NCBI GenBank assembly: GCA_964458155.1
Contig: CAYWGP010000199.1
Location: 11,894-75,893 of the forward strand
DNA length: 64,000 nt
Reading direction: 5' to 3'
DNA from: an uncultured Bacteroides sp.
Lineage (GTDB): Bacteria > Bacteroidota > Bacteroidia > Bacteroidales > GCA-2748055
This document shows positions 27,890 to 37,316 of the stretch, piece after piece. Position numbers and translations under genes: made by a program. Within the stretch, counting starts at the first letter, position 1. Every line of letters starts with the position of its first letter. The notes below the pieces were generated by a model. The model had not been told where the DNA came from and did not search any database. It saw only the letters and a program-made list of their open reading frames with translations.

Positions 27890-28318
27890 ATGAAAAACAC
27901 ACTTACATTGCTTTGCGTCGCGACACTTATATTGGCGATTGCCTCCAGTTGTAATGATGAAGGGGAAGTAGAGCGTGTCAGGAAAGAGGTAAAAAGAGTG
28001 GGAATGGTCATTAAGATCAATCCAGAGTACATTGAAGAATATAAAGCGCTTCATGCCGATTCCAATCCCGGAGTAAGGGACCTGCTGATAGAAGCAAACA
28101 TGCGCAATTTCTCCATTTTCCTGCATCAACTGGATGACGGGAACTGGTATGAGTTTGGCTATTATGAATATACCGGTGATGATTTTGAAGCTGACATGGC
28201 AAAGCTGGATAAGCATCCCCGCAATATAGAATGGCTGAAGGTGTGCGATCCCATACAGATTCCACTTAATGGACATGAAGGCTGGGCTGAGATGGAGCAG
28301 GTTTACTTTAACAATTGA
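27890..28318 (+). CDS. L-rhamnose mutarotase (RhaM)-family protein with lipoprotein signal
   Basis: The residues after the signal (LILAIASSC) align with my memory of E. coli RhaM: VGMVIKINPEYIEEYKALH...NFSIFL...W...WAEMEQVYF. Confidence 0.75.
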   Translation: MKNTLTLLCVATLILAIASSCNDEGEVERVRKEVKRVGMVIKINPEYIEEYKALHADSNPGVRDLLIEANMRNFSIFLHQLDDGNWYEFGYYEYTGDDFEADMAKLDKHPRNIEWLKVCDPIQIPLNGHEGWAEMEQVYFNN

Positions 28319-28323
28319 ACGAT

Positions 28324-29967
28324 ATGGATTTAAATATAAATACGATTGACCTGATCATTATTGTTGTGTACCTCGTGGGCATACTCCTGGTGGGTATCCT
28401 CTCCGTGCGATTGAAAAAAATGACCAGTGAAGGATATTTCCTGGCTGGCATGGGCCTGGGATGGGTCATGGTGGGAGCAGCACTCTTCGCCTCTAACATA
28501 TCCACCATTCATCTGGTTGGCCTGGCTGCCTCAGGGTATAACGAGGGACTGGTTTGGGGGAATTTTGAATGGCTGGCAGCCATTACCCTGATCCTGCTTG
28601 GACTGGTATTTGCCCCTTTCTACTTTAAAAGCAGGATCTCCACCTTACCGGAGTTTCTGGAGAAGCGCTATGGATCCACAGCCAGAACCATCATGGCTTT
28701 CATTGCCATCATTGGTGCGCTATTTGTACATATCGGAATGAGCCTCTATGCGGGTGCGGTGGTTTTTCATGCATTCTTTGGAATCAATGTATTCACTTCT
28801 ATTCTGCTGATATCTGTAATCACCGCCATCTATACAGTACTGGGTGGATTGAAAGCAGTGGTGGTCACCGAAAGTGTCCAGACCGTTATCCTGATCATTG
28901 GTGCCATTTTGCTGACCGGTTTTGCTATTGCAGCACTACCCGATCATGGAGTAAACACCCTGGCAGAGCTGAAAGCCCAATTGAAACCGGGTCAGCTGAA
29001 TATGTTGCATTCCAAAGAGAGCCTGGGATTGCTGGGCGAAGGAGGGTTTGAGTCGGGACTCACCTGGTATGCCTGCCTGCTGGGTTATCCGGTTCTTGGA
29101 CTATGGTACTGGTGTTCGGACCAGACCATTGTACAAAGGGTCCTGGGAGCTAAAAGCAGGCATGACGCACAGATGGGACCTATTTTTGCCGGATTCCTGA
29201 AAATCCTCCCCGTATTTATCCTGGTCTTCCCCGGAGTGATTGCCTATGTTTTGTTCAGGGATATCATAGGAACAGATGCCAACCAAACGCTGCCGGTGAT
29301 GATTGATCAGCTGCTGCCAACAGGTTTAAAAGGAATAATGGCGGCCACGCTGCTGGCAGCATTAATGAGCACCATTGCTGCAGCTCTGAACAGTTCGGCT
29401 ACCCTGGTGGCAGTGGATATAGTAAAGAGGGTAAAGCCAGGCACTACTGACAGACAGCAGATAAAATACGGACGAATTGCTGCCATTGTGGTGATGCTGC
29501 TGGCCATGCTCTGGTCCACCCAGGGGGATAAATTCTCAAGTATTTTCGAGGCCATCAATAAGATAGCAGCAGCCATTGCGCCTCCGGTCGCCACTGTTTT
29601 CCTCTTTGGTGTATTCTCCAAAAGGGGAACCAACAGGGCTGCCATCGTCACCCTGGTATCGGGACTCATACTTGGCATTACTGCATTCTGTCTCGATTTT
29701 GAGCCCATCAGCGGACAAATGTACCTGACCAGGGGATTAGGCATACCTTTTATGATGCAGGCCTGGTGGCTCTTTGTAATATGCACGGTGATCTATTTTG
29801 TGGTGAGTTATACTTCTCCCAAACCTCCCGCTGAGGTGATAGAGAACTACACCTGGGATAGTCCGCTGGCGGTTATTAGCAGAGGTAAATTCGAAGGAGC
29901 AAGAGATGTCCGTCTCTGGGCGGGGATCCTTGTATTGACCCTAATAATAATGTATTTCATTTTTTAA
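28324..29967 (+). CDS. Sodium:solute symporter family (SSF/SGLT-like) sugar transporter
   Basis: It has about 13-14 TM segments and typical SSF segments (GYFLAG..., LPEFLEKRYG, WYWCSDQTIVQRVL). I prefer the ATG at 28324 over the track's TTG at 28315, which overlaps the upstream stop. Confidence 0.85.
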   Translation: MDLNINTIDLIIIVVYLVGILLVGILSVRLKKMTSEGYFLAGMGLGWVMVGAALFASNISTIHLVGLAASGYNEGLVWGNFEWLAAITLILLGLVFAPFYFKSRISTLPEFLEKRYGSTARTIMAFIAIIGALFVHIGMSLYAGAVVFHAFFGINVFTSILLISVITAIYTVLGGLKAVVVTESVQTVILIIGAILLTGFAIAALPDHGVNTLAELKAQLKPGQLNMLHSKESLGLLGEGGFESGLTWYACLLGYPVLGLWYWCSDQTIVQRVLGAKSRHDAQMGPIFAGFLKILPVFILVFPGVIAYVLFRDIIGTDANQTLPVMIDQLLPTGLKGIMAATLLAALMSTIAAALNSSATLVAVDIVKRVKPGTTDRQQIKYGRIAAIVVMLLAMLWSTQGDKFSSIFEAINKIAAAIAPPVATVFLFGVFSKRGTNRAAIVTLVSGLILGITAFCLDFEPISGQMYLTRGLGIPFMMQAWWLFVICTVIYFVVSYTSPKPPAEVIENYTWDSPLAVISRGKFEGARDVRLWAGILVLTLIIMYFIF

Positions 29968-29985
29968 TAAAAGAAGGAGGTTAAA

Positions 29986-31008
29986 ATGAGACAGGCAATA
30001 ATGACATCCCCCGGTGTAATTGAATACAGGGAGATACCCATACCCGAATCGCTGGGACCTGAAGAGATCCTGCTAAAGATAGAACGCATCGGTGTGTGCG
30101 GAAGTGATATGCATGTATTCCATGGAGAACATCCGGCCACATCCTACCCGGTGGTGCAGGGGCATGAGTATTCGGCCACAGTACATGCGGTTGGGGAGAA
30201 GGTGAAAAGTATAGAGGCAGGAATGAAAGCCACAGCCTGGCCCCAGCTGGTCTGCAGGAAATGCGGACCCTGTCTTCGCGGACAGTACAATGCCTGCCAG
30301 GAACTGAAGGTCCAGGGATTCCAGGCACCAGGTGTAGCCCAGGACTATTTTGTAGTTCCGGAAGAACGCGTTATTCCCATCCCCGGTTCCATGAGCCTGG
30401 ACCAGGGGGCCCTGGTGGAGCCTGCAGCAGTTGGAGCCCACTCCACCGGCCGGACCACGGGTATAGAAGGGAAAAATGTGGTTGTTTCCGGGGCCGGTAC
30501 CATAGGCAACCTGGTGGCACAGTTTGCCAGGGCCAGGGGTGCTGCAAAAGTTTTGATTACAGATATTAGCGATTACCGGCTGGAGATAGCCCGGGAATGT
30601 GGTATCGATGGGGTGTTGAATGTGACAAAGACTCCTTTTGAGGAAGGTATTAAAGAGTTCTTTGGTGGCGAAGGATTTCAGGTGGGATTTGAGGCGGCAG
30701 GGGTACAGCAATCACTGGATGTCCTGATGGCCCACGTGGAGAAGGGTGGTGACATTGTAATTCTTGGAGTTTATTCGGAGAATCCTACGGTGAATATGTA
30801 CTTCCTGGGCGAGCATGAACTGAATGTATTTGGTTCCATGATGTACCGCAAGGAAGATTATGAAGAAGCTGTAAAGATGATTGACGCCGGGAAAATAAAA
30901 ACAACTCCGCTTATTTCAAGGCATTTTAGCTTTGAAGAGTACCTGGATGCATATAAATACATTGAAAAACAGGGCGATCGTACCATGAAGGTGATGATCG
31001 ATCTCTAA
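29986..31008 (+). CDS. Zinc-dependent medium-chain alcohol/polyol dehydrogenase
   Basis: The catalytic Zn ligands are GVCGSDMH and GHE. The structural Zn site is CRKCGPCLRGQYNAC, and the Rossmann motif is VSGAGTIG. Confidence 0.85.
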   Translation: MRQAIMTSPGVIEYREIPIPESLGPEEILLKIERIGVCGSDMHVFHGEHPATSYPVVQGHEYSATVHAVGEKVKSIEAGMKATAWPQLVCRKCGPCLRGQYNACQELKVQGFQAPGVAQDYFVVPEERVIPIPGSMSLDQGALVEPAAVGAHSTGRTTGIEGKNVVVSGAGTIGNLVAQFARARGAAKVLITDISDYRLEIARECGIDGVLNVTKTPFEEGIKEFFGGEGFQVGFEAAGVQQSLDVLMAHVEKGGDIVILGVYSENPTVNMYFLGEHELNVFGSMMYRKEDYEEAVKMIDAGKIKTTPLISRHFSFEEYLDAYKYIEKQGDRTMKVMIDL

Positions 31009-31018
31009 ATTGAATATC

Positions 31019-32188
31019 ATGAAACAATTTAACTATCATCAAAGCACAGAGATTGTATTCGGAAGCGGGCGTATTGCCGAGGCTGGAGAGCATATTCTGA
31101 AATACGGAAAGAGATGCTTAATGGTGACTACCCCGGATGCGCCTCTTCAGGCCCTGTATGAGCGGGTAAAGACTATTCTCACCAGTGCTGGCGTAGAAGT
31201 GGCACATTTTGACGGGGTGATCCCGAATCCCACCACGGAGACCAGTGCTGCAGGATCGAAAATGGCCCTTGAATTCAAAGCGGATGTTATTCTCGGTCTG
31301 GGCGGTGGTTCCAGTATGGATGCAGCAAAGGCCATTGCTGTTGAAGCGACCCATGAGGGATCGGCATGGGACTATTTATTTTACAAAGAGCCAGCCCCGG
31401 AGCCCTCTAAAGTACTCCCGGTGGTGGCAATCAGCACCACATCCGGCACAGGCTCGCAGGTGACCCAGGTATCGGTGATCACCAATTCTGCGGAAAGGGA
31501 CAAATCGGCACTTTATAATCCGGTGATTTTTCCAAAGGTAGCCATCGTCGATCCGGAATTGATGTTAACTCTGCCTGGATCTGTGACTGCCCCCACCGGA
31601 TTTGACGTATTCTGTCACTCCTTCGAGAGCATGATCAATCCCGGGACCGGGGCCTATGTAAGCCTCCTGGCAAAAGAGGCGATCCAGCTGGTTGTAGAAT
31701 ACCTTCCCAGAGTGCTTGAGAATGGCTCTGATCTGGAAGCCCGTGAAAAAATGGCCTGGGCCGACACACTGGCAGGACTCTGTATAGCTAGTGCAGGTGT
31801 TACACTTCCCCATGGGATGGGGATGGCCGTGGGAGGAATGTATCCCCATGTGGCACATGGCGAAGCACTGGCCATCCTGTATCCGGCCTGCACCAGGTTT
31901 ACGGCGGGTGTGGCGGTAAAGGAATATGCCTTTATGGCCAGGGCCATCAATCCTGATTTAAATACAATGCCGGATCAGGAAGCGGCCGGGCAGGCGTATA
32001 CTGAAATTGTTGGCTTCCTGAAATCTCTTGGTTTGTACAAAGGACTCAGGCAGGTTGATATGCCGGAAGATGAGATAGAGGCACTGGCCAGGCAAAGCAT
32101 GGTCCTTCCCGATTATGAGGGCAATCCGAGAGTGGCGAGCTATGAAGAAATGGTGGAGTTAGTGAGGGAAGCCTATTTTCAGTCATAG
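31019..32188 (+). CDS. Iron-containing (group III) alcohol dehydrogenase
   Basis: It has GLGGGSSMDAAKAIA and downstream His-rich metal site contexts (FCHSFE, LPHGMG). I prefer the ATG at 31019 over the track's TTG at 31010. A lactaldehyde-reductase-like role is inference only. Confidence 0.8.
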   Translation: MKQFNYHQSTEIVFGSGRIAEAGEHILKYGKRCLMVTTPDAPLQALYERVKTILTSAGVEVAHFDGVIPNPTTETSAAGSKMALEFKADVILGLGGGSSMDAAKAIAVEATHEGSAWDYLFYKEPAPEPSKVLPVVAISTTSGTGSQVTQVSVITNSAERDKSALYNPVIFPKVAIVDPELMLTLPGSVTAPTGFDVFCHSFESMINPGTGAYVSLLAKEAIQLVVEYLPRVLENGSDLEAREKMAWADTLAGLCIASAGVTLPHGMGMAVGGMYPHVAHGEALAILYPACTRFTAGVAVKEYAFMARAINPDLNTMPDQEAAGQAYTEIVGFLKSLGLYKGLRQVDMPEDEIEALARQSMVLPDYEGNPRVASYEEMVELVREAYFQS

Positions 32189-32215
32189 ATAGTACGAAGG
32201 CTTAATAATACTGTT

Positions 32216-33295
32216 ATGAGAAAAATCTTCATGTTTTCAATACTTGGCTTGATTTGCTGGTTTCCCTATCTGGGGCATTCTCAAACCTTCGACCTGGGAG
32301 AGATAAATTCCGCCAGATATAAGGTTTATATACCCGCTGACTGGAACGGGGGATTGCTTATTTATGCGCATGGTTATGAGGAAATTGGGGAAGAGATTGA
32401 AGAGTTTAGCAGGGAAGTGGACGACTTTATGGAGATTTTTACTTCCCGTGGATTTGCCTTCGCAGCCTCAGCCTACAAGAGACAGGGACTGATTATAAAG
32501 GATGGAATAGAAGATTCGGAAGCGCTCAGATCCTATTTTGAGTTTAAGTACGGTAAACCTTCTCTTTGTATCATAACTGGGCATTCCATGGGAGGGATCA
32601 TATCTCTGGCTAACATAGAAAAATATCCGGCAGAATACGATGGTGCAATGCCCCTGTGTGGCTGGTTGTCTCCGGTCTACTCACTCCTCAGAAATGGACT
32701 GGATATGCTGGCAACATACGATTATCTCTTTGGTAAAAACGATGGTGAAATTGTGAATGGCCTGGATTATATTGATGCTGAGTCGATCCGGGAAAATCTT
32801 TCGCGGAAACCGGAACTAACGTCTCTGTTCGCTGAACACTTCCGTATAAGGAAAGATGATATGCCCGGGGTGATAGAATTCAACCAGCTGGTACTAAAGG
32901 AAACCGTTACCTGGCTTGGAGGCCTGCCGGCAGGCAATTCTCAAACCATTTACGACGGGTTTGGCAGCGACAACAGTGCCATTAACAGGGATATCCTGAG
33001 ATATCAGGCAGATCCCGGAGCAAGGGAATATTATATGCAGTATTACACTCCCTCCGGGAATCTTTCTGATCCCGTTTTAGCCCTGCACACCCTCTATGAT
33101 GAGCTGTTGCCCGTATCTAATTACCGGTATTATGATGAGCTTACCGATATACAGGGGACAGGTGATTTTTACGTACAACAATATGTTATTCGTGACGGGC
33201 ATTGCGAATTTACCACCGGGGAGATGGCAGATGCCTTTGATCAATTATTGCTTTGGATCAGGGAAGGTCAGCGCCCGGACCCTGTTTACCGGTAG
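32216..33295 (+). CDS. Secreted alpha/beta hydrolase (GHSMGG nucleophile elbow)
   Basis: It has a signal peptide (…PYLGHSQ) and ITGHSMGG. I recognise no finer family. Confidence 0.65.
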   Translation: MRKIFMFSILGLICWFPYLGHSQTFDLGEINSARYKVYIPADWNGGLLIYAHGYEEIGEEIEEFSREVDDFMEIFTSRGFAFAASAYKRQGLIIKDGIEDSEALRSYFEFKYGKPSLCIITGHSMGGIISLANIEKYPAEYDGAMPLCGWLSPVYSLLRNGLDMLATYDYLFGKNDGEIVNGLDYIDAESIRENLSRKPELTSLFAEHFRIRKDDMPGVIEFNQLVLKETVTWLGGLPAGNSQTIYDGFGSDNSAINRDILRYQADPGAREYYMQYYTPSGNLSDPVLALHTLYDELLPVSNYRYYDELTDIQGTGDFYVQQYVIRDGHCEFTTGEMADAFDQLLLWIREGQRPDPVYR

Positions 33296-33372
33296 ATATT
33301 TGATTCTACTGTTCATTGGAAATATTAACTGGAAGACCAGCATTTAGTGAAACGTTCTAACAGCCTGGAAAC

Positions 33373-35526
33373 ATGAAGAGATTAAGCTTTTTTCTAGTGA
33401 TGGTAATGATCATCGGATTGCCTTTCACACTTTTAGCACAGGGTGATAAAGACTTTTTTCTGTGGTGGGATTTTAATGACAAAAAAGAGATCCCCAACCT
33501 GCATGTTGATATGTCAGAAGAAGAGGAGGAGGCTCCTCTTGCTTCAACAAAAGAAATTGTTAGCTCAAGCAATTTTGAAATACACGGCCTTGCCAGATAT
33601 GTTGACGGTGTAAAGGGCACAGCAATGAAATTTGATGGATTTTCATCCTATATAAATGGATGGCCGGATTTACCAGAAGTATTTGATGAAGAAGGTTATG
33701 AAACGGATCCAATGCCGGAAGAAATAAGCATCGAAGCCTGGATAGCCATTGGTGCATATCCATGGAACTGGGCTCCGATTTTAACTATTGGGAAGTATAA
33801 AATTACCGGCTTCTATTTTGGCATAGATTCCCGGGGCCGTGTAGGATTTCATATGTCCGACGCAACCTCGGTATGGCATGAATGCAATTCAAAACTAAAC
33901 TCCGAGACTCGTTTGGGCCTCGATATTCATAAATGGTACCATGTAGTTGGTACATACAGTCCTAAAAAAGGGTTGGCCGTTTATATTAATGGTGAACTGG
34001 CAAATACGTATAATGATTTTACCTTTGATTATGGTATAGCTTATAGCAACATGGATGAAGGATTCTCAATAGGCAAGAATAGTGTTGACCTGCCACCCTC
34101 GGATCCCATACGCGATTGGGCAACGTACCCTTCCAGCTACACATTTGACGGTATTATTGATGAATTGATAGTCCACAAGAAAGCCCTTACCAAAGATGAG
34201 GTACGCAGGCAATATACATCTCTTATACCGGAACATGATCCTCCATTTGAATCCAGGAAATTTCCAACCGTTAAGTCCTCGGGCAGATTTGGCGCGAATT
34301 ACACTCGCTTGAAATTTTACCCTGAATGGGATGCAATCTGGCCCGTTGGCGATTACATGGATGTAGTGGTTCAGTTTGATGAACTCCCGACAAAAGTGAT
34401 GTTCTGGAGAGGCACCAGGTATTCAGCCTGCCAGGTTTCAGAAAATGGCAAATGGATGGCAGATCAAAGCAGGGAAACAGGGTCCAACTGGTTCCTTGGA
34501 GAAGATTCAAGAGACAATATACCGACAGGTTGTGTGGAACACATGAGTGATGTGCAATGCCGGAGTTCCCGGGTTGCCATTATAGAGAATAATGATGCAA
34601 GGATACTGGTTAACTGGAGATACCTCCAGATGGACGTAAAATTCAGGCAGCTGGATCTGCCCAATGAAACAGGTTTTGGAGAATGGGGTAATGAATATTA
34701 CTATATCTATCCAGATGGCGTCACAGTTCGAAAAGTACTACCGGGAAGAGGTGGCTGGCAGGAAACTATTTTCCTCAATGAACCGGGTACGCGTCCAGAA
34801 GACAATGTGGAATTGGAAGCCTGCGTCTTACTAAACATGAAAGGGGAGAGCAGGTCTTATACCTGGGAACATGGATATCCGGTTTTTGACCTGGATGATG
34901 CACTTATCCAACTCACTAATTTCAAATCTGAGTACAAGCCCTATATGATTTTCCGTGAAGGAGGAGGATTTGATGTATTTAATTTAGAAGTCAGGCCTCA
35001 ATATTCACACTTTCCCTGGTGGAATCACTGGCCCGTTGCCCAGATAATCTCAGATGGACGCAGTGCAAATGCTCCGGACAGGGCTGCACATTCATCCTTA
35101 AGCTGGGGAGACCCAAATGGTGATGCTGCCTTATATGGAATGACCAATCAGGATCCTGCTAAGCTGGTTGAACTGGCCAAATCGTGGAACCGGCCTCCAA
35201 AAATGAAAGTTTTAGGAGAGGGCATTATTCACAAAGGGTATGACTATACTGAAAGAGCTTATGTATTAGATACAGAGGATAAGGAGGCAGCCATTGAGCT
35301 TGAATTTGACGCAAGTGAAAGTAATCCCCTGTATAATCTGGCTCTGGTAGTGAATAACTGGGGTGGTCAGGAAGTAAGTCTAAGATTAAATGGGGAAGAT
35401 GTTGCCCCGGGAAAAGATTTCAGAACCGGAATTGAATATGATGTTGAAGGGAATATGAAATTAATTGTATGGATAAAGCATAAATCCAAAAACAAAACAA
35501 GGATAAGTTTATCACCTGTTATCTAA
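33373..35526 (+). CDS. Exported LamG-containing protein of unassigned family, paralog P2 (717 aa)
   Basis: It has an SPI-type signal (LPFTLLAQG), IEAWIAIGAYPW, VVVQFDELPTKVMFWRG, GCVEHMSDVQ, YYYIYPDG, WQET, and WNHWPVAQIISDGRSANAPDRAAHSSL. Confidence 0.85.
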   Translation: MKRLSFFLVMVMIIGLPFTLLAQGDKDFFLWWDFNDKKEIPNLHVDMSEEEEEAPLASTKEIVSSSNFEIHGLARYVDGVKGTAMKFDGFSSYINGWPDLPEVFDEEGYETDPMPEEISIEAWIAIGAYPWNWAPILTIGKYKITGFYFGIDSRGRVGFHMSDATSVWHECNSKLNSETRLGLDIHKWYHVVGTYSPKKGLAVYINGELANTYNDFTFDYGIAYSNMDEGFSIGKNSVDLPPSDPIRDWATYPSSYTFDGIIDELIVHKKALTKDEVRRQYTSLIPEHDPPFESRKFPTVKSSGRFGANYTRLKFYPEWDAIWPVGDYMDVVVQFDELPTKVMFWRGTRYSACQVSENGKWMADQSRETGSNWFLGEDSRDNIPTGCVEHMSDVQCRSSRVAIIENNDARILVNWRYLQMDVKFRQLDLPNETGFGEWGNEYYYIYPDGVTVRKVLPGRGGWQETIFLNEPGTRPEDNVELEACVLLNMKGESRSYTWEHGYPVFDLDDALIQLTNFKSEYKPYMIFREGGGFDVFNLEVRPQYSHFPWWNHWPVAQIISDGRSANAPDRAAHSSLSWGDPNGDAALYGMTNQDPAKLVELAKSWNRPPKMKVLGEGIIHKGYDYTERAYVLDTEDKEAAIELEFDASESNPLYNLALVVNNWGGQEVSLRLNGEDVAPGKDFRTGIEYDVEGNMKLIVWIKHKSKNKTRISLSPVI

Positions 35527-35539
35527 ACAGTCTCATGAT

Positions 35540-37276
35540 ATGAAACGAATTTCAATTATCACAGGTATTTGCGTATTATTCATTGGAATATCCGGGCTTT
35601 CCGCCCAGATTATTCCTGTAAGCTCAGGGTACAATCAGAATATCGAGTGGGAAAGCGTATTTACAGATGGTCCTCCGGGAAAGGTAAACAGGGCCGTGGT
35701 GGATTCAGACGGTAATTATGCAGTAATTTTTATGCCGGATGACCAATCCCGCATCCATAAAATTGATGAAAATAACGGCGAAAGAATCTGGACCGTTACC
35801 ATAGAAAATACAGCCGGCTTTGGTATTTCTGAGATTAATGATACCGGACGTTGTGATTACATAGTCAGCGGCGGTATAGGTGAAACGCAGGAAAGATGGG
35901 TTGCCAGGCTAAACGGAGATGATGGATCGACTATGTGGAGCAAAACTTATTATTCAGATGGCGGAACCTGGGAATATGATGCGGTAAGAATGACGATCGT
36001 CGGATCGGATGGCTATATCTATGGTTCCGGTTTTATAAGGGGGGAGGAGCAGCAGACTATTTTCATGGATTATGGTGGTGAAGCTACTGTTATGAAAATA
36101 GACCCGGACAACGGCGATGAGATCTGGACACATTCCAATCCAAATACAGCTTATGCACTCGCGCTTGTAGAAGCTTCAGATGGTCATCTCTACTATGGCT
36201 CCGCAGTGCATGACGAAGATCTGACACTCACAAAGCTGAATAAAGATGGTGACGAAATCTGGACCAGGAGTCTGGCCGGAACCGATATGATCATTCCTTC
36301 TGATATGGCTATCGATCTGGGAGATACCATCTATTATGCCGGTCATGCCGGTAGAAGAGGCGCAGGCCATCCTTATGACTATTCCAGTGTAAAATTGGAT
36401 ACTGCTGGAAATGTTTCCTGGGTGAAACATTATGCGAATCCCCGCGGATACAGCTTAAGTTATATACGCAGTGAATTATACGGGATTAAAGTCGGGCCTC
36501 ATGGTGTTTATTTATTTGGAGGAACCGGAGATGAAAACGAAAGCTACAGTGTTGAAAATCCTCCATTTGTATCATCAGATATCTGGAATGGCTGGGTGAT
36601 TATTACAGACCGGGATGGTCAAATAATAAGAAGCGATGTATATTGTCAGGATGAGGTAAATACTGCAACTGAATATGGTTGTATTATTGATGGGGGATAT
36701 GTAATATTCAATGATACCGACGCGCAGGGGGATACAGAAGTTGGTGTATTGAAAATTGTATTTGACAGCATACCGGGTAGTGGCACTAAATATGAGTTAA
36801 CAACAAGTTCAGGTTCAGGAGGATCTGTATTCCCGGAAGGAATAAATAATTGTGAAGCTAATACCATTGCACCAATTGTTGCCACAGCTGACGAAGACTA
36901 TAGATTTGATCACTGGTCGGGCGATATCAGTGGCTCAGAAAATCCAAAGACAGTAGTCATGGACTCTGATAAAAGTATCACCGCACACTTTGTGTTAACA
37001 ACCGGGACAGCTCCGGAACAAGCAGAAATTCAAAACATTATTGCTTACCCTAATCCTGCCAGAGGAGAAAGCCTTTCTATTCAGATCACAGATGTTCAAT
37101 CCATGATAAACATTGAAATAATAGATGTTAATGGCCGGTCGGTACTTAATAAAAATGAACAGATCGATGGAAATCGGCTGCTCCAGGTGCCAATTATAGA
37201 AATGCCTGATGGCATCTATTTTTTATCCGTAAGCTCGGACCAGTTCAGGCATAATCAAAAACTGGTAATTCGATAG
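35540..37276 (+). CDS. T9SS-secreted beta-propeller-repeat protein with InlB-B-repeat-like domain
   Basis: It has repeated D(S/G)DG.(Y/L)Y..G units (DSDGNYAV, GSDGYIYGSG, ASDGHLYYGS). One bacterial-repeat domain is present (GGSVFPEG...YRFDHWSGD...ITAHF). The C-terminal sorting domain is IAYPNPARGESLSIQI...GIYFLSV. Confidence 0.7.
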   Translation: MKRISIITGICVLFIGISGLSAQIIPVSSGYNQNIEWESVFTDGPPGKVNRAVVDSDGNYAVIFMPDDQSRIHKIDENNGERIWTVTIENTAGFGISEINDTGRCDYIVSGGIGETQERWVARLNGDDGSTMWSKTYYSDGGTWEYDAVRMTIVGSDGYIYGSGFIRGEEQQTIFMDYGGEATVMKIDPDNGDEIWTHSNPNTAYALALVEASDGHLYYGSAVHDEDLTLTKLNKDGDEIWTRSLAGTDMIIPSDMAIDLGDTIYYAGHAGRRGAGHPYDYSSVKLDTAGNVSWVKHYANPRGYSLSYIRSELYGIKVGPHGVYLFGGTGDENESYSVENPPFVSSDIWNGWVIITDRDGQIIRSDVYCQDEVNTATEYGCIIDGGYVIFNDTDAQGDTEVGVLKIVFDSIPGSGTKYELTTSSGSGGSVFPEGINNCEANTIAPIVATADEDYRFDHWSGDISGSENPKTVVMDSDKSITAHFVLTTGTAPEQAEIQNIIAYPNPARGESLSIQITDVQSMINIEIIDVNGRSVLNKNEQIDGNRLLQVPIIEMPDGIYFLSVSSDQFRHNQKLVIR

Positions 37277-37316
37277 TACTGATAATCGAGCTATTAATTG
37301 ACTCAATATATTAAAT

